Shown piece after piece: positions 1-9,067 of a stretch of DNA of 47,923 bases. This DNA is from a virus (Duplodnaviria > Caudoviricetes): positions 1 to 47,923 of the IMG/VR virus record IMGVR_UViG_3300020045_001232; one strand, written 5' to 3'. Both the position numbers and the translations under genes were made by a program. Numbering within the stretch: the stretch's first letter is position 1; each line of letters starts with the position of its first letter. The notes under the pieces were generated by a model. It saw only the letters and a program-made list of their open reading frames with translations, was not told the origin of the DNA and did not search any database.

Positions 1-34
1 ATATAACTAATAATTATATATATATATTAATATT

Positions 35-63
35 AGGGTACTACATCTTATCTTTAATGTCAA
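35..63 (-). promoter_or_regulatory. Possible leftward sigma70 promoter
   Basis: On the - strand TTGACA (63-58), a 17-bp spacer, then TACCCT (40-35). The -10 is weak. It diverges from the rightward promoter in an AT-rich region. Confidence 0.4.
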
Positions 64-108
64 CACATTTTTGTAAATATATTTATACACTGTATCTTAA
101 TAAAAAGA

Positions 109-138
109 TTGACATCTTCTATCTTTATATGATATACT
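109..138 (+). promoter_or_regulatory. sigma70-type promoter for the packaging/structural arm
   Basis: TTGACA (109-114), an 18-bp spacer with TG at the extended -10 position, TATACT (133-138). AAGGAG RBS precedes ATG 201. Confidence 0.7.
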
Positions 139-200
139 ATCTGTATAGATAGACACATACCTGTGTCTGAATGCCAGTGAAGACACACTAAGGAGATATT

Positions 201-770
201 ATGGGTACTTGGGTTTATGTAAAGAATAAGAAGACACAACCACATCAGGCAGGTCATTGGTCTGAAAAGAAACAACTCGAAGTTGTCACTACATACCTAG
301 CATTAGGTAATCTTGCAGAGACTAGTAGGGTGTGTAACATCCCCTTAATCACTGTAAAGAAATGGAAAGAAAAACCTTGGTGGAGTGAGCTTGTATCTTC
401 TATCCAGTCAGGTGATGGTCAGAAAGCTGATAACAAGATGTCTAAGGTTATCGACAAAGCTTTAGATCTTATCATGGATAGAATGGAGCAAGGGGATTAT
501 CAGTACGATCAAAAAACAGGACGACTGGTCAAGGTACCTCTCAAGGCTAGAGACTTGGAAAGAGTGGCGTCAGGCTTGTTTGACAAGCGACAACTCATTA
601 GAAAGCAGCCAACGAATATTAAAGCAAGCGACCTTGGACAAGCAGATAGATTACTTAAACTGGCTGAACAGTTTGCCGTAATGGCTGGTCAGAAACTTCC
701 AGAAGAGAAGTTGATCAATGAGGCTATCGAGGGTGAGTACATCGTAACTAATGGAGTAGTGAATGATTAA
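201..770 (+). CDS. Putative terminase small subunit
   Basis: N-terminal HTH-like segment (LGNLAETSRVCNIPLITVKKWK), helical body, upstream of terL, good RBS. Confidence 0.55.
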   Translation: MGTWVYVKNKKTQPHQAGHWSEKKQLEVVTTYLALGNLAETSRVCNIPLITVKKWKEKPWWSELVSSIQSGDGQKADNKMSKVIDKALDLIMDRMEQGDYQYDQKTGRLVKVPLKARDLERVASGLFDKRQLIRKQPTNIKASDLGQADRLLKLAEQFAVMAGQKLPEEKLINEAIEGEYIVTNGVVND

Positions 771-1119
771 AGAACTTATTGCTAAGGTGTTTGCTACACG
801 TGGGTATGCTCATGTTGCTCATTGGGGTACTAAGAGTTACGCAATGCACGTAGCCCTTGGGGATTTCTACGAAGAGATTATTGATGGTATTGATAAGCTG
901 GTTGAAGCTTACCAAGGTACATTTGGTCTCATCTCAGGTATTGAACAAGAGTGTGGAGAGCAACCAGAAGACATTGTCAAGCACATTTCAGCAGAACTCA
1001 TCTGGATGAATAACAACTGTGAAGAGATTACGAAAGATCTTGCATCCCTGGATAATATTCTACAAGAACTTCAAGCTGTTTATATGAAGACTTTGTACAA
1101 GCTTAAGAACTTAAGTTAA
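763..1119 (+). CDS. Ferritin/Dps-like four-helix protein (DUF5856-like)
   Basis: H-x-x-HW...H-x-ALG-x-FYE...D-x-LVE-x-YQG pattern typical of phage Dps-like bundles. Confidence 0.6.
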   Translation: MIKELIAKVFATRGYAHVAHWGTKSYAMHVALGDFYEEIIDGIDKLVEAYQGTFGLISGIEQECGEQPEDIVKHISAELIWMNNNCEEITKDLASLDNILQELQAVYMKTLYKLKNLS

Positions 1120-1121
1120 CC

Positions 1122-1421
1122 ATGCCCTTCATGACCAACGGAAAACGCGACTATAAAAAAGAACTTAATTGGGAACATACCAAGAAGAAGAGTCGTGTTA
1201 AGGATAGGGCACAACGTAATGGGGCTAGGGCTATGGTAGCTGCAAAGAAGGGTGTCAAGGCTACTAGTATTAAAGGTGATATTGGACATAAGAAGGCAGT
1301 TGGGCGTGGGGGTAAGAACACCCTAGCCAACCTCTTTGTACAATCTCCTGGATCTAATCGTAGCTTCAGCAGGAACAAGAATGGTAGTATGAAGTCGGAG
1401 AAATCTAAACGTGAAAGTTAA
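1122..1421 (+). CDS. Small basic HNH-like protein next to terminase
   Basis: RDYKKE, RAQRN-x-AR, DIGHKK...GG-x-N...NL...NRS motifs. Confidence 0.55.
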   Translation: MPFMTNGKRDYKKELNWEHTKKKSRVKDRAQRNGARAMVAAKKGVKATSIKGDIGHKKAVGRGGKNTLANLFVQSPGSNRSFSRNKNGSMKSEKSKRES

Positions 1422-2937
1422 ACTAACCTCTCAAGTTATTGAGGGGTTTGTAGGTAGCTGTCTATTGAAGGGGTTCGACGGTTCCTCTAAGATACCAGCC
1501 TTCCACAAAGAGATGTGGGATATGTGTTGCTCTGATAGCAAGTTTGTTGCGATCGCTGCTCCACGCGGACACGCCAAATCTACGTCAATCTCATTGAGCT
1601 ATGTCTTAGCTTGTATCTTATTCAGGGAACGAAAGTTCGTCCTCTTGGTATCAGATACGGAAGCACAGGCAGCTATGTTCTTAGGACAGATAACCCAAGA
1701 GCTACAAGAGAATAAAGACATTATAGAGTTGTTCGGTATTAAGACTACCGAAGAGGGAATAGTGAAGTTTGAGAAAGACTCCGCTACAGACATTATTGTT
1801 GAGTTCGCAGACGGACAGAAGTTTCGTATCATAGCTAAGGGTAGTGAACAAAAGCTACGGGGTATGTTATGGAATGGGGCACGACCAGATCTCATTGTCT
1901 GTGATGACCTTGAGAATGACGAAGTTGTTATGAACAAAGAGAGACGTGAGAAGTTTAAACGTTGGGTCTACGGTGCGCTGATTCCTTGTAGAAGTCAGAA
2001 TGGCATCTTCCGTATTGTTGGGACAATCCTGCATATGGACTCATTTCTAGAAGGCTTAATGCCAAACGAAAATGATAAACTCACTGTACACGAACCTCTC
2101 AAGATGTACACAAAAAGAAAAGCAAGTCAATGGAATGTTATTAAATATCGGGCACACAGTGTAGACTTTGCTGAGGTATTATGGCCTGAACGTAGGTCAG
2201 CCGAAGAGTTTAAGATGATTAGACAAGACTATGTAGATAGGGGTCTTGCTGATGTCTACTCACAAGAGTATCTCAACTATCCCATTGATGATGGTAACAC
2301 GTATTTTAAGAAGAGTGACTTCTCCCCGTTACGGGATGCAGATAAAGAGAAGCATGTTAACTATTACATCGCAGGTGACTTTGCTATATCCCAGAAAGAG
2401 CGTGCTGACTATACAGTGCTAATCGTTGGGGGTATGGATGAGGATGGTATCCTACATATTAAGAATGTTATTCGGGATCGTATGGATGGTTTGGAGATTG
2501 TCCAGACCATGCTTGCATTACAACGTACATACAATCCTTACGCATTCGGTATAGAAGATACACAGATCACTAAGGCTGTTGGCCCATTCCTTAATAGGGC
2601 AATGGTAGAACAGAATACGTATATTAACATAATCCCATTAAAGCCACACGGACAAGATAAACAAACAAGAGCGCGTTCCATACAAGCACGTATGCGAGCA
2701 GGTGCCGTTAAGTTTGACAAGAATGCTGATTGGTATCAAACATTAGAGGATGAGCTTATGCGCTTCCCTCGTGATAAGCATGATGACCAAGTAGATACTA
2801 TGGCTTACCTTGGGCTTATGATAGATAAACTTATAGAAGCACCAACTAAGGATGACCTAGCAGATGAAGAATACTATGACGAGCAGCGAGAGGGAGATCA
2901 GTTCGACACTGGAAGATCAGAGTGCACTGGATATTAG
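1411..2937 (+). CDS. terL: Terminase large subunit
   Basis: Walker A variant APRGHAKST, Walker B LIVCDDLE, VGTILH coupling motif, nuclease GDFA and HDDQVD. Confidence 0.95.
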   Translation: MKVKLTSQVIEGFVGSCLLKGFDGSSKIPAFHKEMWDMCCSDSKFVAIAAPRGHAKSTSISLSYVLACILFRERKFVLLVSDTEAQAAMFLGQITQELQENKDIIELFGIKTTEEGIVKFEKDSATDIIVEFADGQKFRIIAKGSEQKLRGMLWNGARPDLIVCDDLENDEVVMNKERREKFKRWVYGALIPCRSQNGIFRIVGTILHMDSFLEGLMPNENDKLTVHEPLKMYTKRKASQWNVIKYRAHSVDFAEVLWPERRSAEEFKMIRQDYVDRGLADVYSQEYLNYPIDDGNTYFKKSDFSPLRDADKEKHVNYYIAGDFAISQKERADYTVLIVGGMDEDGILHIKNVIRDRMDGLEIVQTMLALQRTYNPYAFGIEDTQITKAVGPFLNRAMVEQNTYINIIPLKPHGQDKQTRARSIQARMRAGAVKFDKNADWYQTLEDELMRFPRDKHDDQVDTMAYLGLMIDKLIEAPTKDDLADEEYYDEQREGDQFDTGRSECTGY

Positions 2938-4897
2938 TGCAATCCTAGAAGCCAGTAATGTTGTCGATCTCTTGAGTGAAGAAACTCTACTCCACATTGG
3001 TACTGTAGCCCATGAGGGTTATGATACAGATATGGAATCTCGTCGTCCTTGGGAAAAGGATTTGACCTCGTGGACTAAACTAGCCCTACAGATCTCAGAT
3101 GAAAAAACCTTCCCTTGGCCGAATGCTGCTAATATTAAATTCCCATTGCTTGCAACTGCTGCTATGCAGTTTGCAGCTAGAGCCTACCCTGCACTAGTCC
3201 CCGCTCTTGGTGATGTAGTTAAGTGTCAAATAATTGGGCGTGATCTAGATGGAACAAAAGCAGAGAGGGCCAAGCGTGTCTCTATTCATATGTCCAATCA
3301 AGTCATGCATGAGATGGAAGATTGGGAAGAGGATATGGATCGTCTTCTCATCTCCTTACCGATTGCTGGTACCTGTTTTAAGAAAACTTACTGGGAAGCA
3401 AATAAACAAAGAAATTGCTCGAAGCTTGTCCTACCCAAATACCTTGTAGTTAATAATACATGTCGTAGTTTGGAAGAGGCAGAGCGAGTAACGGAAGTGT
3501 TGTTTCTAACAAGGCGTCAGGTAAAAGAACGTCAGAATAGAAAAGTATATGCTGATATTAAGTTGGATCTTCCGGGTGAGGCATGGGATGCATCAAGTGT
3601 TACAGTAAACCGATCGTTTCAACTGGACAACACGGATGATGTTACCACGCCTTACACGATTTTAGAACAGCATACCTATCTTGATCTAGACGATGATGGT
3701 TATTCTGAACCATACATTGTGACTCTTGAAGAGTCCACGCATAAAGTCCTACGCATTGTCCCGCGATTCACGGAAGATGATGTTGTTATCGACGAGAAGA
3801 ACAAAGTCATCTCTATAGAAGCGGTACAATACTATACGAAATATAGTTTTATACCTAACCCTGATGGGGGTTTCTATGATATTGGATTTGGTCGTCTTCT
3901 TGGCCCCATTAATGAATCCGCTAATACCATTATTAATCAATTGGTGGATGCTGGATCACTTAGTAATCTTCAATCTGGTTTTATTGGAAAGGGATTACGC
4001 ATTAAAATGGGTGAGACTAGGTTCCAACCCGGTGAGTGGAAAACTGTGAATGGTACTGGAGATGATATTAAGAAACAACTCTTCCCTTTGCCTGTCAGAG
4101 AACCTAGCGCAGTATTGTTCCAACTGCTAGAACTTCTTCTGAAGTCTGGTAAAGAGTTGGCCTCTGTTGCAGAAATCATGACTGGTAAGATGCCTGGACA
4201 AAACACTCCGGCTACTACCACGATGGCTTCTATCGATCAGGGGATGAAAGTATTCACAGCGGTTTACAAACGTATCTACCGTTCTCTCGCTAAGGAGTTC
4301 CGAAAGATATATAAGCTCAATAAGACTTATATGAATCCAGAAGAGTATCTGGCTGTGTTGGATGACAATGTTCAACAGAGTGATTATGAGGGGCCGGAAG
4401 GGGATATTATCCCTGGAGCAGATCCTACAGCAATCAGTCCACAAGAGAAGCAAGGTAAGGCACAAGCAGTTATGCAGATCTTGCAACTCGGTACTATTGA
4501 TCCAATGTTTGCAACGCAGATGTATCTAGATGCACATGAGATTCCTAATGCTGAGAAAGCAATCAAACAGCCCGCACCTCCACAACCTGATCCTAAGGTT
4601 GAGTTGATGAAGACTAAAGCACAACTAGAGACTCAGAAGGCATCACAAGATATGCAGATTAAGGAGCGAGAAGCACAACTTCGCTCAGCAGGTATGCAGC
4701 AAGATTTGCAGATGAAAGCCTTGTCTGCACAACAGGATGCTCAAAGCAAGAACGTTGAGGGCATATTGAAGGCAAGAGCAGCACAGCAAGGGATGCAACA
4801 AGAGGCAGCACACAGTGGTCTAAAGATGATCACAGCAGCCATGTCCCATGCACAAAAGATGAAACAACAAGAAGCAAATAAAAACAAACCCGGCTAA
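2864..4897 (+). CDS. Portal protein (start uncertain)
   Basis: Follows terL, about 670 aa, PWPNAAN motif, Q/A-rich coiled C-terminus like P22-type portal barrels. Confidence 0.85.
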   Translation: MKNTMTSSEREISSTLEDQSALDISAILEASNVVDLLSEETLLHIGTVAHEGYDTDMESRRPWEKDLTSWTKLALQISDEKTFPWPNAANIKFPLLATAAMQFAARAYPALVPALGDVVKCQIIGRDLDGTKAERAKRVSIHMSNQVMHEMEDWEEDMDRLLISLPIAGTCFKKTYWEANKQRNCSKLVLPKYLVVNNTCRSLEEAERVTEVLFLTRRQVKERQNRKVYADIKLDLPGEAWDASSVTVNRSFQLDNTDDVTTPYTILEQHTYLDLDDDGYSEPYIVTLEESTHKVLRIVPRFTEDDVVIDEKNKVISIEAVQYYTKYSFIPNPDGGFYDIGFGRLLGPINESANTIINQLVDAGSLSNLQSGFIGKGLRIKMGETRFQPGEWKTVNGTGDDIKKQLFPLPVREPSAVLFQLLELLLKSGKELASVAEIMTGKMPGQNTPATTTMASIDQGMKVFTAVYKRIYRSLAKEFRKIYKLNKTYMNPEEYLAVLDDNVQQSDYEGPEGDIIPGADPTAISPQEKQGKAQAVMQILQLGTIDPMFATQMYLDAHEIPNAEKAIKQPAPPQPDPKVELMKTKAQLETQKASQDMQIKEREAQLRSAGMQQDLQMKALSAQQDAQSKNVEGILKARAAQQGMQQEAAHSGLKMITAAMSHAQKMKQQEANKNKPG

Positions 4898-4911
4898 GGA
4901 GCTATTAACAT

Positions 4912-5121
4912 ATGACTTTAAGTGATTTCCAGAACTGGTCTTTGGACCCTGTGACCAAAGCATTCTTCGAGGCTTGTCAGATTCGAGTAGAGGATGCTAA
5001 GGAACTTCTGTCAGCAAGTGCTGGTATTGATTCAGCGAATGATAATTACAATCGTGGATTCATTGCAGCTTACATCGAGATGCAGCAATTTCATGTAGAA
5101 GATTTGGAGGGTGCAGAATGA
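4912..5121 (+). CDS. Hypothetical head-module protein
   Basis: AAGGAG RBS; overlaps the next gene by ATGA. Confidence 0.7.
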   Translation: MTLSDFQNWSLDPVTKAFFEACQIRVEDAKELLSASAGIDSANDNYNRGFIAAYIEMQQFHVEDLEGAE

Positions 5122-5417
5122 TTACTCCTCTCTTACATCGTGTTCTACTGAAGTTGGATGATGTCGAAAAGAAAACGGAGAGTGGCATTGTCATCCCGGC
5201 TTCTGTAACTGAGAAGGAACGTAAGGCCATCGAGGTTGGAACTGTTATCTCGATTGGTGATACGGCCTTTAAGGATTATGGTGGTGGTGAACATACTATC
5301 TCTGTAGGTGATCGAGTTATTATTGCTCGATACAGCGGCAAAGAAGTTCAAGATGGTGATGATAAATTTGTCATCGTGAATGATGAAGACATTCTCTGTA
5401 TTACAAAGGAAATCTAA
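5118..5417 (+). CDS. groES: Co-chaperonin GroES (Cpn10)
   Basis: PLLHRVLL, mobile loop KTESGIVIP, GTVISIG, VGDRV...YSG...DIL signature. Confidence 0.93.
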   Translation: MITPLLHRVLLKLDDVEKKTESGIVIPASVTEKERKAIEVGTVISIGDTAFKDYGGGEHTISVGDRVIIARYSGKEVQDGDDKFVIVNDEDILCITKEI

Positions 5418-6223
5418 TGGATGAAGTTATTGTTGAGAGCAACGTAGACGCTCCAGAAGGCGATGAAATTGTTAATCAATCCGAGAGTACACCCCAGACT
5501 CCTGTGTACGAACAGGAGGCCAGGGAACAGGGTTGGCGGCCTAAGGATGAGTGGGAGGGTGATCCAGAGAAGTGGCGTCCTGCTAAAGAGTTCGTAGAAC
5601 GTGGTGAGTTGTTCGGTAAGATTGATCATATGGGTAAGGAGTTGAAGGAGACGCGTAAAGCGCTCAAGATGCTCCAAGAACATCATACGAAAGTCAAAGA
5701 AACTGAATACAACCGGGCTATTGAAGAGCTTAAGGGACTCCAAAAACATCACCTTGCTGAAGGAGATGCAGATAAGTATCTGGAGACTACTGAACTACTC
5801 CAGGATTTACGGACAGAGCAGAAAGCTCGTGCCATTGTGCAAGAGAGTGTTGCCCCTCCGGTTGATCCACGATTTGCCTCATGGACAGAAAAGAATATTT
5901 GGTATGTTAAAGATGCCAAAATGAAAGATTACGCAGACATGGTAGGTAGTGACTATGCTAAGAAGAATCCTGGTACTGATCCAGAGGATGTTCTTAAGTA
6001 TGTCACTTCTGAAGTTAAGGAGCGGTTTAAGGATAAGTTTATTAATCCCAACCGAAGTAAGCCCTCTAGTGTAGAGGCAGGTGGTGGGGGTAATCCAGCA
6101 AACAAAGAGAAGTTTACTATGACGGAAGATGAACGGAAGGTTATGAATACTTTTGTTCGTGCTGGTGTTATGAGTAAAGAAGATTATATCAACGAGTTAA
6201 AATCAAGTAGAGGAACGAAGTAA
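5417..6223 (+). CDS. Putative capsid scaffolding protein
   Basis: Acidic N-terminus, GW-x-PKDEW motif, coiled-coil, lies between portal and capsid genes. Confidence 0.7.
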   Translation: MDEVIVESNVDAPEGDEIVNQSESTPQTPVYEQEAREQGWRPKDEWEGDPEKWRPAKEFVERGELFGKIDHMGKELKETRKALKMLQEHHTKVKETEYNRAIEELKGLQKHHLAEGDADKYLETTELLQDLRTEQKARAIVQESVAPPVDPRFASWTEKNIWYVKDAKMKDYADMVGSDYAKKNPGTDPEDVLKYVTSEVKERFKDKFINPNRSKPSSVEAGGGGNPANKEKFTMTEDERKVMNTFVRAGVMSKEDYINELKSSRGTK

Positions 6224-6624
6224 TGACTATTACTAAATCCACACGTCCACAGAGGGCAACACGTAAGCCTTTACATCAACGAGGCCCATTAAGTATTTCC
6301 GGGGAAAAAGACCCTAATTTTCATTATAGGTTTGTCAATGATCGAGGCAGTCGAATCTCTAACCATCAAGATGCCGGTTGGGAATTTGTCGATGAAGATA
6401 CGCTTGTAGTAGGTGACTCACGAGTAAAGGATGTGTCTGATATTGGTTCTGCTCGCCGTGTAACTAGTGATGATGGTACTGTCTCCTTCCTGATGAAAAT
6501 CAAGAAAGAGTTCTACGAAGAAGACCAAGCTGCTAAACGTACACAAAATGAAGAACAAGAACGGGCACTACAAACTGATGCCTCCAGTATGGGTTATGGT
6601 ACTTTGAAACAGACCTCTACCTAA
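6223..6624 (+). CDS. Hypothetical head-module protein
   Basis: Coupled TAATG junction; YRFVND...GW...LMKI pattern. Confidence 0.7.
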   Translation: MTITKSTRPQRATRKPLHQRGPLSISGEKDPNFHYRFVNDRGSRISNHQDAGWEFVDEDTLVVGDSRVKDVSDIGSARRVTSDDGTVSFLMKIKKEFYEEDQAAKRTQNEEQERALQTDASSMGYGTLKQTST

Positions 6625-6652
6625 GTGGAGAATATAACAATAAGGAAAATGA

Positions 6653-7285
6653 ATGGCTAATATTTCTAAGATTAACGGGTTCCGTCCTGTTAAGCATTTA
6701 AATGGCTCGCCCTACAATGGGCAAGCCAACATGTATGAAGTTCCGGCAGGTGAAGCTGTCCCGGTCTTCGTTGGTGACTTGGTAACTCTGTCGACTGCTG
6801 CTGGTACTATGGGTCTTCCCGTATGTGCTGCTGTTGTTGGTGCCTCGGCACAGGTTGCTGCTGGTGTGATCGTTGGTGCGGTTGTTGGTATTATCAATGC
6901 CAAGCTTGATCCAGTTGATGGTAATATGACTGCTGGTTCTATCTCGCTGGATACTCCGCAATATCGTCCGGCATCGACTAAGCAACTGGTTCTTGTTGCT
7001 GATAGTCCTGATGTCATCTTTGAAACGGAAGCGGATGCTGCTGTTGCTCTGGCTTCTGTTGGTCTGAATGTTGGTATCGGTGCTTCTGCCCATACGAATC
7101 CGCTGATCAACGGGTGTTCCCCAATGTATGCGTACTCTACGACTGCTCCGAGTGCCTCGGCTACACGTCCGTTGCAGATTTTGGGTATTGTTAAGCGACC
7201 AGATAATGAGATGGCCGCCGCCTTTAATAAGGTGTTAGTTAAAATCACCACCCATGCATACGGTAATGCCGTTGCTGGCGTTTAA
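6653..7285 (+). CDS. Putative capsid decoration/cement protein
   Basis: MAN...GFRP start, A/V/G-rich beta protein directly upstream of the capsid gene. Confidence 0.6.
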   Translation: MANISKINGFRPVKHLNGSPYNGQANMYEVPAGEAVPVFVGDLVTLSTAAGTMGLPVCAAVVGASAQVAAGVIVGAVVGIINAKLDPVDGNMTAGSISLDTPQYRPASTKQLVLVADSPDVIFETEADAAVALASVGLNVGIGASAHTNPLINGCSPMYAYSTTAPSASATRPLQILGIVKRPDNEMAAAFNKVLVKITTHAYGNAVAGV

Positions 7286-7298
7286 AGGGGAATAGAAT

Positions 7299-8210
7299 AT
7301 GGGTATTATCACTTCCAGCAGCTTTGCCAAGCTTCTTTGGCCTGGTCTGAACTCTATTTATGGTAAGGCTTACAATGATTACCCTGTAGAATGGGATAAA
7401 CTGTTTGAAAAGAACACGTCAGATCGTGCATATGAAGAAGATCTGGGTCTGAGTTCGTTTGGTCTGGCTTCTATTAAGTCAGAAGGCGCTCCTATCAGCT
7501 ATGATACGGAACGTCAAGGCTTCACCTCGCGTTACAACAACGTTGTGTATGCTCTGGGCTTCATTGTTACTCGTGAAATCTACGAGGATGACCAGTATGG
7601 TAAGGTTGGTGCGCAAAAGGCTAAGGCTCTGGCCCGTTCGATGCGACAAACCAAGGAAATCGTTGGTGCTGGTATCTACAACAACGCCTTTGCTGGTTCT
7701 GGTAAGCTTGGTGGTGACGGTAAGACGATGATTGCAACTGACCACTTGAATGTGGCTGGTGGTACCTTCTCGAATCGCATTGCCACTGACTCGGATCTGA
7801 GTGAAGCTGCTCTTGAGCAAGCTGTTATTGACATCGCCGGGTTCCGTGATGATCGTGGTCTTCTGATTGCGGCTCGTCCGGAGAAGTTGGTTATTCCGTA
7901 TCAACTGCAATTCGAGACTAAGCGTATTCTTGGTGCAGATGGTCGTGTTGGTACTGACCTGAATGATCCGAATGCTCTTAAGGAGATGGGTCTGTTTAGT
8001 AACGTGGTGATCAACCACTACCTCACTGATCCGGATGCTTGGTTTATTCTGACTAACGTTAAGGATGGTGTTAAGTACTTCGAACGTCGTGCTGATCAAT
8101 TCGAAATGGATAATGATTTCGACACGGAGAATGCAAAGTTCAAGGCTACCGCCCGTTACTCGTTTGGTTGGTCTGATCCGCGTGCTGTCTATGGTTCGCC
8201 CGGCGCTTAA
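7299..8210 (+). CDS. Major capsid protein (HK97 fold, Mu gpT-like)
   Basis: 303 aa, LWPGL, SDRAYEE, P-x-KLVIP, LTDPDAWF, RYSFGWSDPR motifs; strongly biased codon usage. Confidence 0.9.
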   Translation: MGIITSSSFAKLLWPGLNSIYGKAYNDYPVEWDKLFEKNTSDRAYEEDLGLSSFGLASIKSEGAPISYDTERQGFTSRYNNVVYALGFIVTREIYEDDQYGKVGAQKAKALARSMRQTKEIVGAGIYNNAFAGSGKLGGDGKTMIATDHLNVAGGTFSNRIATDSDLSEAALEQAVIDIAGFRDDRGLLIAARPEKLVIPYQLQFETKRILGADGRVGTDLNDPNALKEMGLFSNVVINHYLTDPDAWFILTNVKDGVKYFERRADQFEMDNDFDTENAKFKATARYSFGWSDPRAVYGSPGA

Positions 8211-8269
8211 TGTTTAATATGGCTTCCACCTCTGCCGCAAGGTACGTGGGAGTTCTCTAGGAGAATTAT

Positions 8270-8674
8270 ATGGCAGTAGGAATTGTTGGTCCAGCTGGTG
8301 TGAGTACTATTACACCAGCAGCACGGGATCTACTTGTAAAATTCGGTAAGTTGGAGGTTGCAGATGCTGCTGTAGGTTTTGCGGCTTTCGGTCTTCCTAA
8401 GTATGCGGTTGTTGTTGGTGTTTATACCATTGTCCAAGGAGCTAATGCTACCCAGACGGTTAATGTTGGATTCACTAACGGTGGTGTTGAGTTGATTAAC
8501 GCTTTTGCCGCTAACTCCACAGGATACTCCCCGGCTCTTGCTCAAACAGGTGCTTCGGTAGGGGTTCAACTTACGACAGATCAATTGGTCTATCTTAAAG
8601 CTAGTGCTACTTTGACGACGCCGGTTATTGTTAAAGTGGAATACATCATGCCACCGCAAGGCACGAGTCTGTAA
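8270..8674 (+). CDS. Hypothetical structural protein
   Basis: AGGAG RBS, beta-rich, immediately after the capsid gene. Confidence 0.65.
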   Translation: MAVGIVGPAGVSTITPAARDLLVKFGKLEVADAAVGFAAFGLPKYAVVVGVYTIVQGANATQTVNVGFTNGGVELINAFAANSTGYSPALAQTGASVGVQLTTDQLVYLKASATLTTPVIVKVEYIMPPQGTSL

Positions 8675-8698
8675 CCACACTACATAAGTAGTGTACCC

Positions 8699-8740
8699 AT
8701 AGGGGGTATCTCTTAATCGGAGTACCCCCTATAATTTTAT
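8699..8740 (+). terminator. Putative intrinsic terminator after the capsid genes
   Basis: ATAGGGGGTA...TACCCCCTAT stem followed by AATTTTATT. A second hairpin ACACTAC/GTAGTGT lies just upstream. Confidence 0.6.
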
Positions 8741-8752
8741 TAAGGAATACAA

Positions 8753-9067
8753 ATGCGCCCACAAGTAATTACGCAGTCCAGTGCAGGAACAACGGCTTGG
8801 ATTCCCCTCGATTATAAACAAGCACCTTTCAATGTTGGTCTAGCTGTTACGTTAGGTGGTGGTACAATGACATATAGTGTTGAACATACACTAGATGACA
8901 TTTATGATACTACAATTACTCCAACAGCTTTTACTCATTCTTCTATAGCTGCTCAAACAGCGCAGCTAGATGGTAACTACGCTTTCCCTATTAGGGCTGT
9001 AAGACTTAATGTCACAGCCTGGACTTCTGGAACTGCTACTCTTACTATACTGCAAGGTCTCCGATAA
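8753..9067 (+). CDS. Hypothetical structural protein (beta-sandwich)
   Basis: AAGGA RBS; T-rich; YSVEHT and RAVRLNVT motifs. Confidence 0.7.
   Translation: MRPQVITQSSAGTTAWIPLDYKQAPFNVGLAVTLGGGTMTYSVEHTLDDIYDTTITPTAFTHSSIAAQTAQLDGNYAFPIRAVRLNVTAWTSGTATLTILQGLR

Noticed and set aside
6698-8099. Long antisense ORFs opposite the decoration and capsid genes (similar ones lie opposite 9067-10983 and 19710-24518)
   Set aside because: These are shadow ORFs explained by codon bias of the sense genes, with no RBS or motifs.
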